DNA from: an uncultured Verrucomicrobiae bacterium
Lineage (GTDB): Bacteria; Verrucomicrobiota; Verrucomicrobiia; Limisphaerales; Palsa-1400
Assembly (NCBI GenBank): GCA_963702845.1
Contig: OY969763.1
Coordinates: 2,656,001-2,720,000, forward strand
DNA length: 64,000 nt
Direction of reading: 5' to 3'
The notes under the pieces were generated by a model. That model worked only from the letters and a program-made list of their open reading frames with translations, had not been told where the DNA came from and did not search any database. Numbering within the stretch: the stretch's first letter is position 1; the number at the start of each line of letters is the position of its first letter. Shown here one piece after another: positions 48,519-59,180 of this stretch. Both the position numbers and the translations under genes were made by a program.

Positions 48519-49334
48519 ATGTTTGAAGTGCAGCACATCACGTCGTTTGATTTGCCGGAGCTGGCGCCGTATCGGACGATGCGGTTTCAACTGGAACAGC
48601 GGCAACAGGGAATCTTTATCGCCGAAAGCGAAAAGGTGACGCGACGGCTGCTCGCCAGCGAGTTGCCGGTGTTGTCGGTGATCATTCCAGACACGATGAT
48701 TGAAGACTTTAGGGAGGCGTTGGAAAAACGGCCGGAAGTGGTCCGGGTTTATTGCGCGCCGAAGTCGGTGCTGGAACAACTGACGGGTTACGAAATGTAT
48801 CAAGGCATTTTGGCGGTGGGCAGAGTGCCGGAGAGAACGACGCTGGATTCGGTGTTAAGTAATTCGCGTGGACCTGTGCTGTTAGCGGCAGCGGATGGGA
48901 TCGGGAATTCGCAAAACCTCGGCGTGCTCGTGCGCAATAGCGCCGCGTTCTCGGCGAATGCGTTGTTGGTCGGTGAAACTTCGTGCAGTCCGTTTTTGCG
49001 GCGGGCGGTTGCGGCGTCGATGGGGACGATTTTTCAGTTGCCGGCAATTGATTCGGAAAATTTGGCAGAGACGATCAAAGAATTACGCGCACGGGGGGTT
49101 CGTTGTATCGCGGCGCATCCGCACATTGATAAACGCACGTTGCCGCAGGCGGATTTTACTCAGAGTTGTTGCATTGTATTTGGAAACGAAGGGCAAGGGA
49201 TCAGGCCGCAAATTTTGGAAGTGTGTGATGAGGCAGTGGCGATTCCGATGCCAGCGGAGGTGGATTCGTTGAATGTGGGGAGTGCGAGTGCGGTGTTTTT
49301 GTATGAGGCGGCGAGGCAGAGGGGAAAAGTGTGA
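48519..49334 (+). CDS. TrmH/SpoU family RNA methyltransferase
   Basis: 'NLGVLVRNSAAF', 'VFGNEGQGI', 'IPM...VDSLNV'. Confidence 0.93.
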   Translation: MFEVQHITSFDLPELAPYRTMRFQLEQRQQGIFIAESEKVTRRLLASELPVLSVIIPDTMIEDFREALEKRPEVVRVYCAPKSVLEQLTGYEMYQGILAVGRVPERTTLDSVLSNSRGPVLLAAADGIGNSQNLGVLVRNSAAFSANALLVGETSCSPFLRRAVAASMGTIFQLPAIDSENLAETIKELRARGVRCIAAHPHIDKRTLPQADFTQSCCIVFGNEGQGIRPQILEVCDEAVAIPMPAEVDSLNVGSASAVFLYEAARQRGKV

Positions 49335-49389
49335 ATGCTGAAGGCTGAACTCGGCGGAAAAGACTCGGAAGCAAGCAGTCGTTGCAATG

Positions 49390-51375
49390 TTAGTGGCGGT
49401 CACATTCGAAGGCTCCGATGTCGGAGGCGTCGCCGTCATTTGATGGCGCAGATTGAAAACGGACGGGACGGCGATGAGCTCTTTGATCGGTTTTCAGGCC
49501 TAAGCTGTTGCCCTGATCGATTGCAGGACTGCCGGGGAGTAGCGCGTGGGTCGGTGTTGGGCCGCCGTTCATTTGGAGTGGGCCAAGCAGTGGATCGAGT
49601 GGAGTTGCGGAATTGCCGAAGAGGTCGCGATCGGTCAGACCTGTGCTGTTGTCGGCATTGCCGGTGAGATTGAAACCTAGCGATGTCAATGTGCCGGAAA
49701 GGTCTTCGCCAGATCCGGTGAAACCGGCAGGACCAACAGTGTTTGTTATTTCGAACGTTTCAGTGTTGGTGTTCAAAGAAAAAGTGGTTCCCGGCCCGCC
49801 AGTGCCGCCATTTCCGGTGCTGTTTAAACCAATTAAGCTGTTGCCGATGTTTGGAGGAATGTCGGCTACGGTAAAAATGCCACCCCCATTACCGCCGTTG
49901 CCGCAACTACCGCCAATAGAATTTGGAGGGTCGTATATTGTAAATGAGCCCCAAGCGGTTCCCGCTCCACCGGCACCACCGAAACTAGTACCGTTACTAC
50001 ATACTGTGCATGAAATTGCGGTTAAAATACCAGTATTGTAAATTCCACCACCGGGCCCGCCGTCACCGCCGGACGCGCCACTGGGAAAGCTTCCCGCACC
50101 GCCGTTCCCTCCTGAACCTGTCAGGTTCCCGCTAATTGTGCAGTTGGTTAGAGCCAAATTACCGGCACTATAGATAGCTCCGCCGCCGCCGCCGGTTCCA
50201 CCGTTTACACCGGTGCGAGCACCGCTACCACCAGCGCCGCCGCTGCCAGTAGAGTTCGCGAACAATGTGCAGCCAGTGAGATTGAGTGTTCCGAAATTAC
50301 AGATTGCGCCACCGGAACCTCCACCGCCAGGAGCGCCACCGAAAAAGCCGGATGATGCACCAGGGCCGCCGTTTCCACAGCGGTTGCTGCAGAAGATCGA
50401 ACTTATAAGGGTAAGCGTTCCGAGGTTGTAGATTCCGCCGCCATTTCCACCAGAGCCAGCCGGTCCTCCGGGAGTAAAGGCGTCGCTAACACCCGGCTGG
50501 GTACCACCAGCGCCGTCGGTGCAGGTATTGCCTCGCAGTGTGCTGTTGATGATTCGCAATTGGCCTTGGTTATAAATCCCTGCCCCATTGCCGCCGTTCA
50601 TTCCTAGTCCAACACCGGGAATTGTTTGCGATGCGGCGCAGGAATTCGCTTCGACGAAGCAGGAGTCCAAAAAGGCGATGCCGGAATTCCACAGGCCGCC
50701 GCCACCGAGGTTTGAGAAGCCACCGCAAGCGTTGGAACTAACGATGGTATGAGACATGACGAGGGTCCCGATGTTAAAGATACCGCCACCGTCGCCGCCC
50801 GGCGGCTGGCCGGCGTTGCCTTCGGCGTAGCCGCCACTGCCGCTGGTGTTGCCGACGATGATGCAGTTGGCGAGGCTAAGGGTGCCTTCGTTATACAATG
50901 CTCCGCCGGGGTCGCCGCTCGACGACCAACTCTGCCCTGACGCCGCTTGCGCGCCAGTAATACGAATGTTGGATAGTAACAATCTTCCGCCTTTGTGAAC
51001 GTGGAAAGCGCGGTCGCCCAAGCCTCTCGCGTCGATGATTGCCAGTCCGCGATATCCGCTGATGACGATGTCGCCGTGAATGTCGAGGTCGCCACGAGTG
51101 GACTGGTTTTCGTGTGCGCCGGGGATCGTCAAGGCGTAATGCTTGCCGGGTTGGAGGAGGATGACGATTCGTTTGTGTGCGACGTTGGCTGCGAGGATTG
51201 CGGCGCGCAGGGTTCCAGGTTGATAGCCATCTGCGGTGGTGGAGACGATGATGGTGTTGCCATAATTCATAGCGATGGCCGGCGTCTTAGTAATCGATAG
51301 GAACGTTAGTGCAACGGTGAGAAATGTGAGCGAAATTTTCAGTTTTTTGTGTTTTGGGTGTGATCGGATACGCAT
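49390..51375 (-). CDS. Gly-rich secreted beta-helix protein with choice-of-anchor Q-like C-terminus
   Basis: Repeated 'GGGIYNxGxLxLxNCTISGN'; C-terminal 'DPLLGPLQMNGGPTPTHALLPGSPAIDQG...TDQR...DIGAFE'; start uncertain. Confidence 0.85.
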   Translation of the reverse strand: MRIRSHPKHKKLKISLTFLTVALTFLSITKTPAIAMNYGNTIIVSTTADGYQPGTLRAAILAANVAHKRIVILLQPGKHYALTIPGAHENQSTRGDLDIHGDIVISGYRGLAIIDARGLGDRAFHVHKGGRLLLSNIRITGAQAASGQSWSSSGDPGGALYNEGTLSLANCIIVGNTSGSGGYAEGNAGQPPGGDGGGIFNIGTLVMSHTIVSSNACGGFSNLGGGGLWNSGIAFLDSCFVEANSCAASQTIPGVGLGMNGGNGAGIYNQGQLRIINSTLRGNTCTDGAGGTQPGVSDAFTPGGPAGSGGNGGGIYNLGTLTLISSIFCSNRCGNGGPGASSGFFGGAPGGGGSGGAICNFGTLNLTGCTLFANSTGSGGAGGSGARTGVNGGTGGGGGAIYSAGNLALTNCTISGNLTGSGGNGGAGSFPSGASGGDGGPGGGIYNTGILTAISCTVCSNGTSFGGAGGAGTAWGSFTIYDPPNSIGGSCGNGGNGGGIFTVADIPPNIGNSLIGLNSTGNGGTGGPGTTFSLNTNTETFEITNTVGPAGFTGSGEDLSGTLTSLGFNLTGNADNSTGLTDRDLFGNSATPLDPLLGPLQMNGGPTPTHALLPGSPAIDQGNSLGLKTDQRAHRRPVRFQSAPSNDGDASDIGAFECDRH

Positions 51376-51511
51376 GGGATGGTTATTCGCCAGAGTCAAG
51401 CAGCGTAGAATGGCGAGTCGCGCGAGGCAAGACGGCAATGTCAGGGCGGGTTGTTAATCACACCCTCGGGAACCATTCGATCGTTACGGAATGCGTCGTA
51501 ACGATTGGCGA

Positions 51512-52237
51512 CTATAGGCCGAAGATGCTTTTGAACATGGACCAGACGCCTAAACGCTTTAGGCGTTCGATGGAGTGAGTCGGTGAGATGCCGCGGGGGC
51601 AGACGTCGCGGCAGTTGCCCAAGGTGTGGCAACGGAAAGCGCCGTCTTCTTGGGTGACTAACTTCAAACGCTCGTCGCGTTTTCCGTCACGTGGGTCGGT
51701 GACTAGACTCAAGGCGCGATTGAGAGCCATGGGGCCGACATAGCGCGGGTTGAGTGTCACCAGGGTGCAGCTTGAATAACAGGCGCCGCAATCGATGCAT
51801 TGTGGTTGGTTGTTGAGCGCTTTGCCTTCTTTGCTCGCGTGCGGGATTTTGTAGAAATCGTTTTTGTCGAGGTCTGCGCGCGGGACGAAATAGGGCATCG
51901 TCCGTTGATAAGCGCTGAAGAACGGTTTGAGATCGACGGCGAGGTCGCGCACAACGGGCAAGTTGCGCAACGGTTGAATTTTTAGATCGTAGCCGACCGT
52001 TTTGATAAGCGTGCTGCAGGTGAGGCGTTCTTTGCCGTTCACGACCATGGCGCATGAACCGCACATGCCGACGCGACAGGAAAACCGAAAGGCGAGGTCG
52101 GGAACGGGGCCGCGTTGCAAAGCGAAGAGCGCGTCGAGGATGCTGGCGCGTTCGCTGACTTCCACTTCGTGCCGGTCGAATGTGGCAGGCTCCCCTGCTT
52201 TGGCGGAGCGTTGGATGGACACGGCAACTGTCGGCAT
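51512..52237 (-). CDS. sdhB: Succinate dehydrogenase / fumarate reductase Fe-S subunit
   Basis: 'SCRVGMCGSC', 'CIDCGACYSSC', 'CHTLGNCRDVCP'. Confidence 0.88.
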   Translation of the reverse strand: MPTVAVSIQRSAKAGEPATFDRHEVEVSERASILDALFALQRGPVPDLAFRFSCRVGMCGSCAMVVNGKERLTCSTLIKTVGYDLKIQPLRNLPVVRDLAVDLKPFFSAYQRTMPYFVPRADLDKNDFYKIPHASKEGKALNNQPQCIDCGACYSSCTLVTLNPRYVGPMALNRALSLVTDPRDGKRDERLKLVTQEDGAFRCHTLGNCRDVCPRGISPTHSIERLKRLGVWSMFKSIFGL

Positions 52238-52415
52238 GTTTCAGATGTTAGCGAAGAACGCGCGGAATTGGCGAGTGTTTTTGGCTTATCGGAAAATTCC
52301 CGATTTCTGGGATTGGACAATTGCTCATTTTGGAGTTTAATTTGACTGACGGTTGGAAGCTGACTTTCGCCGGTTGTCGCGCGGAAGCAACCCTTTGATA
52401 CTGGACAATAAGTTC

Positions 52416-52877
52416 ATGAACAATCCGGCTAAAGTTGTCATTCTTATCGCTGAAGACAGCGAAGACGACCGGTTTATGTACGGGCGCGCCCTTGAGAAAA
52501 TCGGTTTCAAAAACGTGCGTTTTGTGCCTGACGGCGAAGAGGCCATTCTCTACCTTCGCGGCGAAGGCAAGTATGCCGATCGCAACGAGTATCCATTCCC
52601 GAACTGGATGATTGTTGATTTGAAGATGCCGCGGAAAAACGGATTCGAGATTTTGCAATGGGTCCGGGCACATTCGGAATGCGCGGTGATCCCGACAATC
52701 ATCCTGTCGTCGTCGATGATTCCGGCCGACGTGAAGCGCGCGTATGAGTTGGGGGTGAACACGTTTTTCAGCAAGCCGCACGGTCAAACTGAGCTGACGA
52801 CACTGTTTCAAGAATTGCTCGGCTATTGGTGCAAAGCTGAAGTCCCCGCTTCGCCGCCAGCCAGCAAATGCCAGTGA
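52416..52877 (+). CDS. Single-domain response regulator
   Basis: 'LIAEDSEDD', 'VDLKMP', 'LSSS', 'FSKP'. Confidence 0.9.
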   Translation: MNNPAKVVILIAEDSEDDRFMYGRALEKIGFKNVRFVPDGEEAILYLRGEGKYADRNEYPFPNWMIVDLKMPRKNGFEILQWVRAHSECAVIPTIILSSSMIPADVKRAYELGVNTFFSKPHGQTELTTLFQELLGYWCKAEVPASPPASKCQ

Positions 52878-52938
52878 GAGCGGTGCCGATTCCCAATTGC
52901 ACAGATAGGCCCATTCTACTATTGTGCCTTAGATTCTT

Positions 52939-54324
52939 ATGACTCACACACTTTCATCTGCTCCGAAGACTTTTGATTGGCCGCTGGCGTTTGAGGCGGA
53001 AAATTTTGTGCGCGAACGCATCGCGCGATTTCTGACCCGCAACTCCTACGCGCAAAAGTTGTCCGAGCGCATGCGCGATGAAACGGGCACGGATTTTTTT
53101 GAATGGGTCGATCATCTGGTCGTTTCGTCCGCGGACGAAAAGCAACTGCGCGAACTCGGGTTTGCCCCTGACAAGGTCGACACTGCAAATGGCGCATTGG
53201 TTTTGCAACATCCACGCGCCACATTGCCGCGATTTATTCTGGACCCGAAAGTTCAGCAAAGCCCCGCGGTTGTCGCACTGAAGCCTGAATATATTACCGA
53301 ATTTATCAGCGCACATTCGCTCGCGTCGAAGATCGAAGGCGATCCGCTCTCGCAATATCGCCATGCGGTTGTGAGCGAAGAAAATGGCTCGCGTTTAGAC
53401 GTCATCGAACGAAACGCGTATCGCGGATTTGTTCCTGGCGTTCTGGATGGGAAGACTGCGAAGAATGTTTTGCGAGCGAAGGAACTGTGGCGTACGCGCC
53501 AGCGCAATTGCGGAACGAGCAACGCGGGTGTGACAGTGGCCAACGCTGTTCTGGAGCAATCGTTTCAATTGGTCGGTCGCGATTTGTCGTGCCAATTTTT
53601 CTTTGAAGATGAGCGGCGGTATTGGGAAATCCGAAACCGCGCCGCCCGCATTCAAAAGACCCGGCAGGATCGGCTCGGGCTTGGTTGGGGCAATCACGAT
53701 CACCATACTTTCCGTTGTTCGCGGGAACATTTCGTCGATGTCATCGACTTTTTGTTGAAACTCGGTTTCGAGAAACGCGAACGTTATTACGCCGGTGCTG
53801 AAGCCGGTTGGGGTGCGCAGATATCTGAACAGCCGATCGTTGGTATTGTTGTTTTCGCAGATGTTGATTTGATGCCGGACGAGACTGAAGTTGATTTTTC
53901 GTCGCGACGTTTGAAAGCAGCGCCGAAACTCGGCACGGTTGGTCTTTGGACGGGGTTGCACGGCGAAAGTTTCCTGCAAGCCGGCATGCATCATTTGGAA
54001 GCGCGTTTTGATTTTGACCAGTTGCGCGATCAGTTGAAGGCGGAAGGCGTCAATACGATGAAGCCTTTCTCGGATTTCGAATTCCTGCGCCAGGCGTTCA
54101 CCGAAGGCGAACGTTGGGCGGTTTGTCCTGAGCGCGCGGCTGAGTTATTGAACAAAGGTCTGATTACCCAGGACCAGCACGACAAGTTTTTGCGGGAAGG
54201 CGCGCTCGGCAGTCACCTGGAAAATCTGCAACGCCGCGGTGGTTTCAAAGGTTTCAACCAGAAGGCCGTGAGCGTCATTATTTCTGCGACTGATCCGCGG
54301 AAGAATTTGCAGCAGGCGGCTTAA
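52939..54324 (+). CDS. Conserved hypothetical protein, possibly VOC/glyoxalase-like metalloenzyme
   Basis: 461 aa; 'WVDHL', 'NHDHHTFR', 'GLHGES...GMHHLEARF', 'SHLENLQR'. Confidence 0.7.
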   Translation: MTHTLSSAPKTFDWPLAFEAENFVRERIARFLTRNSYAQKLSERMRDETGTDFFEWVDHLVVSSADEKQLRELGFAPDKVDTANGALVLQHPRATLPRFILDPKVQQSPAVVALKPEYITEFISAHSLASKIEGDPLSQYRHAVVSEENGSRLDVIERNAYRGFVPGVLDGKTAKNVLRAKELWRTRQRNCGTSNAGVTVANAVLEQSFQLVGRDLSCQFFFEDERRYWEIRNRAARIQKTRQDRLGLGWGNHDHHTFRCSREHFVDVIDFLLKLGFEKRERYYAGAEAGWGAQISEQPIVGIVVFADVDLMPDETEVDFSSRRLKAAPKLGTVGLWTGLHGESFLQAGMHHLEARFDFDQLRDQLKAEGVNTMKPFSDFEFLRQAFTEGERWAVCPERAAELLNKGLITQDQHDKFLREGALGSHLENLQRRGGFKGFNQKAVSVIISATDPRKNLQQAA

Positions 54325-55727
54325 ACCGCTTTCACTTCTGTCACCAGTTCTTGCACCATGTTCTTGGCGTCGCCAAAGAGCATGCGTGTTTTGGAGTCAA
54401 AAAATAGTCCGTTCTCAATCCCAGCGAAGCCAGCGCCCCGACCGCGTTTGATCACGATGATGTTTTTCGCGTGGTCGGCGTTTAGAATGGGCATGCCGTA
54501 GATCGGGCTGGCGGCATCGGTGCGCGCAGCGGGATTGACGACGTCGTTTGCGCCAATGATCAGCACGGCGTCGGTCTGGTCAAACTCGGCGTTGATTTCG
54601 TCCATGTCGAGCAGCTTGGGATATGGAACATCGGCTTCAGCGAGCAGCACGTTCATGTGTCCAGGCATGCGACCGGCCACTGGATGGATGGCGTATTTAA
54701 CTTCGACGCCGCGTTTCTCGAGTTGGTTTTCAAGTTCGTGAACGAGGTGTTGGGCCTGAGCGACAGCGAGACCGTATCCGGGCACGATGATAACCTTGCG
54801 TGCGTAGGCCAGAAGGATTGCGCTTTCGGCGGCAGTAATCTCGCGCATGGTATGGTCGCCGGACTGGGCCGCATTCGCAGCCTTAACACCGTTACCACCG
54901 AATGAACCGAAGATGACTTTCGCGAGGGAACGGTTCATGGCCTGACACATCAAGAGCGTCAATAGCGCGCCGGCTGCGCCGACTAATGTTCCGGCGATGA
55001 TCATGGACATGTTCTGCATGGCGAAGCCGGTGAGGGCCGCGGCAACGCCGGTGCATGAGTTCAAAACGGAAATGACAACAGGCATGTCAGCGCCGCCGAT
55101 GGGCAATACTTGAAGCACGCCGAGGACGAGTGAAACTGCGGTCAGGCCGAGGATCCAATTGGTGGATTGATCGGACGAAGGCGCTTGAAATGCGCAGATC
55201 AAAATTGCAAGGAGCAGACAGGCATTGATGATTTTCTGGCCAGGCCAGCGCAGTGATTTTTCACTGACAATTCCCTGCAGTTTGCCAAAGGCGATTAAAC
55301 TGCCGGAGAAGCTGATCGCGCCGAGAATAATTCCCAAAAGCATCGGCACTGCGGCGATGAACAAATCCGCGGGCTGAGCTTTGGTCAGGTCGGCTGGGTG
55401 CTTCCACCATTCGCCAAGAGAAATGAATAGTGCGCAGGCGCCACCCATGCCGTTGAAGAGAGACACCATTTGCGGCATGGCGGTCATTTTCACGCCGCGT
55501 GCCAGCGCCCAACCGGGAACCGTTCCAATGGCGACTGCCAAAATAATCCAGCCGAAGTGCCCCATGTTCGGCAGACAAAATGTTCCGACGATCGCAAGCA
55601 CCATGCCGACGGCCGCCATCTGGTTTCCCGAACGCGCAGTGCGGGGATTGCTCAGGCGTTTAAGGCCGAGGATAAAAAGCAGCGATGCGATGAGGTATGC
55701 CGCCGGCGGCACAAACGCAGTCGTCAT
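54321..55727 (-). CDS. pntB: NAD(P) transhydrogenase beta subunit
   Basis: 'GGADMPVVIS', 'IVPGYGLAVAQAQH', 'HPVAGRMPGHMNVLLAEA'. Confidence 0.97.
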   Translation of the reverse strand: MTTAFVPPAAYLIASLLFILGLKRLSNPRTARSGNQMAAVGMVLAIVGTFCLPNMGHFGWIILAVAIGTVPGWALARGVKMTAMPQMVSLFNGMGGACALFISLGEWWKHPADLTKAQPADLFIAAVPMLLGIILGAISFSGSLIAFGKLQGIVSEKSLRWPGQKIINACLLLAILICAFQAPSSDQSTNWILGLTAVSLVLGVLQVLPIGGADMPVVISVLNSCTGVAAALTGFAMQNMSMIIAGTLVGAAGALLTLLMCQAMNRSLAKVIFGSFGGNGVKAANAAQSGDHTMREITAAESAILLAYARKVIIVPGYGLAVAQAQHLVHELENQLEKRGVEVKYAIHPVAGRMPGHMNVLLAEADVPYPKLLDMDEINAEFDQTDAVLIIGANDVVNPAARTDAASPIYGMPILNADHAKNIIVIKRGRGAGFAGIENGLFFDSKTRMLFGDAKNMVQELVTEVKAV

Positions 55728-56029
55728 TTCTGTTCCTTGTCTTTGCTGGTCGGTTTGGCGCGAAACATTTCGAGCATGCGATCGGTGACGACGAATCCGC
55801 CGACAACGTTGAGCGTTCCGAGAATGACCGCTACGAAACCGAGGGTGAACAAAAGTTTATTGTCTCCGGATGAGCCAAGCAGCGCGATGCCGCCGACGAG
55901 AACGATGCCGTGAATGGCATTCGCGCCGGACATAAGTGGCGTATGCAACACCGTCGGCACCCGGCTGATCACTTCGACCCCGGCGAAAATCGCGAGGATG
56001 AAAATATATGTCATCGCCAATGCACTCAT
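55724..56029 (-). CDS. pntA: NAD(P) transhydrogenase alpha subunit, part 2 (membrane)
   Basis: 'LHTPLMSGANAIHG', 'NVVGGFVVTDRMLEMF'. Confidence 0.95.
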   Translation of the reverse strand: MSALAMTYIFILAIFAGVEVISRVPTVLHTPLMSGANAIHGIVLVGGIALLGSSGDNKLLFTLGFVAVILGTLNVVGGFVVTDRMLEMFRAKPTSKDKEQK

Positions 56030-57144
56030 GGACTGCTCCGTTTCTGGTTTACTTCGCCGTTATGGGTGATGCACGTGTCGCGGAAGATTTCGTTGTTCCA
56101 ATCGAACGTGAAACCTTTTTCGTTGGTAATTTCCAAAATGAAGGCCATGAAGTTGCGGGCGAGCATGCGGCTGGCGTCAAGCGGCACGGTCGCGGGTAAA
56201 TTCTTCAGGCCGATGATCGTGATATTATTCTTCGTTGCGACTAGACCCGGCTCGGTTAATTCACAGTTGCCGCCAGTTTCGGCGGCGAGGTCGACGATGA
56301 CAGAACCGGCTTTCATCGCGGCGACCATTTCCTTTGTCACGAGACGCGGCGCGGGTTTGCCAGGAACTTGCGCGGTGGTGATCACAATGTCAGCAGCGGC
56401 GACGTGTTCGTGTAAGAGCTTTTGTTGTTGCGCCAGAACTTCGGCAGAAACTTCTTTTGCGTAGCCGCCTTTGGTTTCGGCTTCTTTTGCGACAGGCGCT
56501 TCGACGAACGTTGCGCCGAGACTTTTCACTTGCTCCTTTGCGGCTGGCCGGACGTCGTAGGCTTCAACAATCGCGCCGATGCGGCGCGCTGTTGCAATCG
56601 CCTGCAAACCGGCGACGCCCGCTCCTAAAATCAGAACTTTCGACGGGCGAATCGTGCCCGCCGCGGTCGTCAGCATCGGAATCAATTTCGGCAAGTGCGA
56701 GGCCGCGAGCAGCACGGCTTTATAACCGGCAACGGTCGCCATACTGGAGAGTGCATCCATGCTTTGTGCACGCGTGATGCGCGGTATTGCGTCCATGCTA
56801 AAGCTGGTGATGCGGCGTTTCGCGAGCGCCTGGACCAATGCGGGATTTCGCGCCGGTGCGAGAAAACCGATTAACGCTTTGCCTTCTGGCAGTGATGAAA
56901 CTTCGGATTCGGCGAAAGGTTGGATGCGCAGCAAACAATCGGAGTCGGCGAGTAATCGTGTCGCGTCTGAAACGATGGTTGCGCCGGCGGCGGTGAAATC
57001 GGCATCGGAAATGGATGCAGTTAACCCTGCGCCCGTTTGGACCGCGACTGTATGCCCTTTTTTAATAAGGACTTTGACGGTGTCCGGGACCATCGAGACA
57101 CGGGTCTCGTTATGATGGGCTTCAATTGGAACTCCAAAACGCAT
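56026..57144 (-). CDS. pntA: NAD(P) transhydrogenase alpha subunit, part 1
   Basis: 'PRITRAQSMDALSS', 'GAGVAGLQA', 'GGYAK', 'DLAAETGGNC'. Confidence 0.96.
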   Translation of the reverse strand: MRFGVPIEAHHNETRVSMVPDTVKVLIKKGHTVAVQTGAGLTASISDADFTAAGATIVSDATRLLADSDCLLRIQPFAESEVSSLPEGKALIGFLAPARNPALVQALAKRRITSFSMDAIPRITRAQSMDALSSMATVAGYKAVLLAASHLPKLIPMLTTAAGTIRPSKVLILGAGVAGLQAIATARRIGAIVEAYDVRPAAKEQVKSLGATFVEAPVAKEAETKGGYAKEVSAEVLAQQQKLLHEHVAAADIVITTAQVPGKPAPRLVTKEMVAAMKAGSVIVDLAAETGGNCELTEPGLVATKNNITIIGLKNLPATVPLDASRMLARNFMAFILEITNEKGFTFDWNNEIFRDTCITHNGEVNQKRSSP

Positions 57145-57266
57145 CGACGCAAAATACTATTGCGCAGAGTCATAACGTATCAAACCGTTTTAGTATACAG
57201 GGATTGCCCTTATATAATCGGTTCTTGCGCATTGACGGAAATCAAGCTGGCGACGGGCCATTGCGT

Positions 57267-59180
57267 TTACTTCAAAAAGCGTTTGTCCCCCTCACGGCGA
57301 GTAATGCCGTCGCGATCGAGTTTTTCGAGCAGCGGCACGACGACCCTGCGGCTCGCGCCGAGGGCCTGGCGGATTTCGCTGACGGTGGCAGGTTGTTTTG
57401 CAAGCACCTTGCGAATGGTGTCGAGTGCCTGGGCGAATGCGCGATTGGAGAGTGCGATTTGAGGATCGAGTTCGACGGCCTCGCCGGAGTTGATGAGAAA
57501 ACGTAGCGCTTGTTGCGATAAGGCGTCCGGCGCGAGTTCTTTGCGGGATGGTGGATCGAGCGGCTTGGCGGCAAGAGCGGCGCGGAGCCTGACGCCGGCG
57601 GGTTGCAAGTGCGGTGGAAGAGACAGTTGGTGAGTCGCGCGTTTGATTCGATCGCCAGCTTGGACAAAACCGCTGCGCGTCAAATCAGCCATGAGGTGCT
57701 CGAAAATGTCGGGCGGGATTTCGAACGTGGTGTCTAGCTGAGAACGCAATTCAGTCAACGGATAGCCGAGGGCGTCTGGTTGTTTCTTATGCGCTGCGTC
57801 GATGAGGTCAATGGCGGCGTTGCGAAGGTTCGACCAAGTGTCAAAGGTGGCTACCCAATCGCCGAGCCGCACGACTTTTTTCGCGGAAGCAAGTTGCGAA
57901 ACGCCGGCAGCGATTTCGGTGGCGCTGAATTGCGATTGGACCAGCACTTCGTTCGCGGAAAGGAAATAATCCCGATCAGCGACAGCTATTATGATTCCTT
58001 CGAGCGCGGGATTCGAGGCGACTGCTTGCGTAAATCGGCGATTGTTGTCGGAACGAAAAGTTCTGCTGTCGCCGTGCGCGTCCAAAATGACTCCGCCCGC
58101 CAGCGTGGTTTGTTGGGCCCAGTCCCGAATGATGAAGTGATCGCCGTTAAACGCAAACGCGGGTGATTCCAACCGGAGTTGAGCAAAGCTGTTTTCACCT
58201 GGCCCCAACTGTTTCGCATCGAGAAGCACAACGGTTGCCGGAAAATCGCCCGTCCCATGATGAACGCGAACACGCGCGCCATTCTTTAGTGGCCGAGCAA
58301 GAACGGACATCTTCTCAGTGTTGCCACGTCCGAGTTTTTGGATGGCAACATTTAAAACGGACGTCGGTTTACCAAGTTCCGCAAGCGTCACAACATCACC
58401 GCGCCGAACAGTTTCGTTTGCGTGCAGGTCGGGAAGATTGAGCGCAGTCCGGGAACCGGGCTGCGCTGTTTCGATTTCGGCGTTGTGAGTTTGAACACTG
58501 CGAACGCGAGCAGTTGCGCCGCCGGGCTGAATGGCGACGGATTGTCCCCGCGAAATTCTGCCACCCATCAATGTGCCTGTAACGACCGTTCCCACGCCGT
58601 GCAAGGTAAACACGCGGTCGACGGGCAATCGTGGTCTGCCGATGTCGCGCGCAGACTTGGCAGCTCTGAGCGATTGCACAAACGCCTGCTTCAATGCATC
58701 AATGCCGGTGCCGTTTATGACTGAGGTGGGGACTATTGGTGCATTTGCAAACGGAGTTCCGGACAGGCGAGCGCGGATTTGTTCCTGGGCATTGGGGATG
58801 TTTGGCGAGAGATCGGATTTCGTGAGGGCAACAACGGCTCGCTCGATACCGAGATAGGTCAGAATGTGGAGGTGTTCTTCGGTTTGCGGCATCCAACCGT
58901 CGTCGCCAGCGACAACGAATAGCGCCACGTCGATAGCGCCCACACCGGCAACCATGTTTTTGACGAAATCTTCGTGGCCGGGAACATCAACGATGCCGAT
59001 GTTGTAAACGGTGTCCTTATCGGTGAGGCGAAGATTGGCGAAACCTAAATCAATTGTAATGCCGCGTGCTTTTTCTTCAGGCAAACGGTCGGGGTCGGTG
59101 CCAGTGAGCGCTATTACGAGCGCACTTTTTCCGTGGTCGACGTGTCCAGCGGTTGCGATGATGAAATGTTTTTCAGTCAT
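57267..59180 (-). CDS. selB: Selenocysteine-specific elongation factor SelB
   Basis: '[10 protein letters not shown]', 'RGITIDLGF', 'DVPGHE'; C-terminal winged helix '[25 protein letters not shown]'. Confidence 0.97.
   Translation of the reverse strand: MTEKHFIIATAGHVDHGKSALVIALTGTDPDRLPEEKARGITIDLGFANLRLTDKDTVYNIGIVDVPGHEDFVKNMVAGVGAIDVALFVVAGDDGWMPQTEEHLHILTYLGIERAVVALTKSDLSPNIPNAQEQIRARLSGTPFANAPIVPTSVINGTGIDALKQAFVQSLRAAKSARDIGRPRLPVDRVFTLHGVGTVVTGTLMGGRISRGQSVAIQPGGATARVRSVQTHNAEIETAQPGSRTALNLPDLHANETVRRGDVVTLAELGKPTSVLNVAIQKLGRGNTEKMSVLARPLKNGARVRVHHGTGDFPATVVLLDAKQLGPGENSFAQLRLESPAFAFNGDHFIIRDWAQQTTLAGGVILDAHGDSRTFRSDNNRRFTQAVASNPALEGIIIAVADRDYFLSANEVLVQSQFSATEIAAGVSQLASAKKVVRLGDWVATFDTWSNLRNAAIDLIDAAHKKQPDALGYPLTELRSQLDTTFEIPPDIFEHLMADLTRSGFVQAGDRIKRATHQLSLPPHLQPAGVRLRAALAAKPLDPPSRKELAPDALSQQALRFLINSGEAVELDPQIALSNRAFAQALDTIRKVLAKQPATVSEIRQALGASRRVVVPLLEKLDRDGITRREGDKRFLK

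Noticed and set aside
57145..57266. Rex operator upstream of pntA
   Set aside because: No TTGTGAA-N4-TTCACAA-like palindrome is visible.
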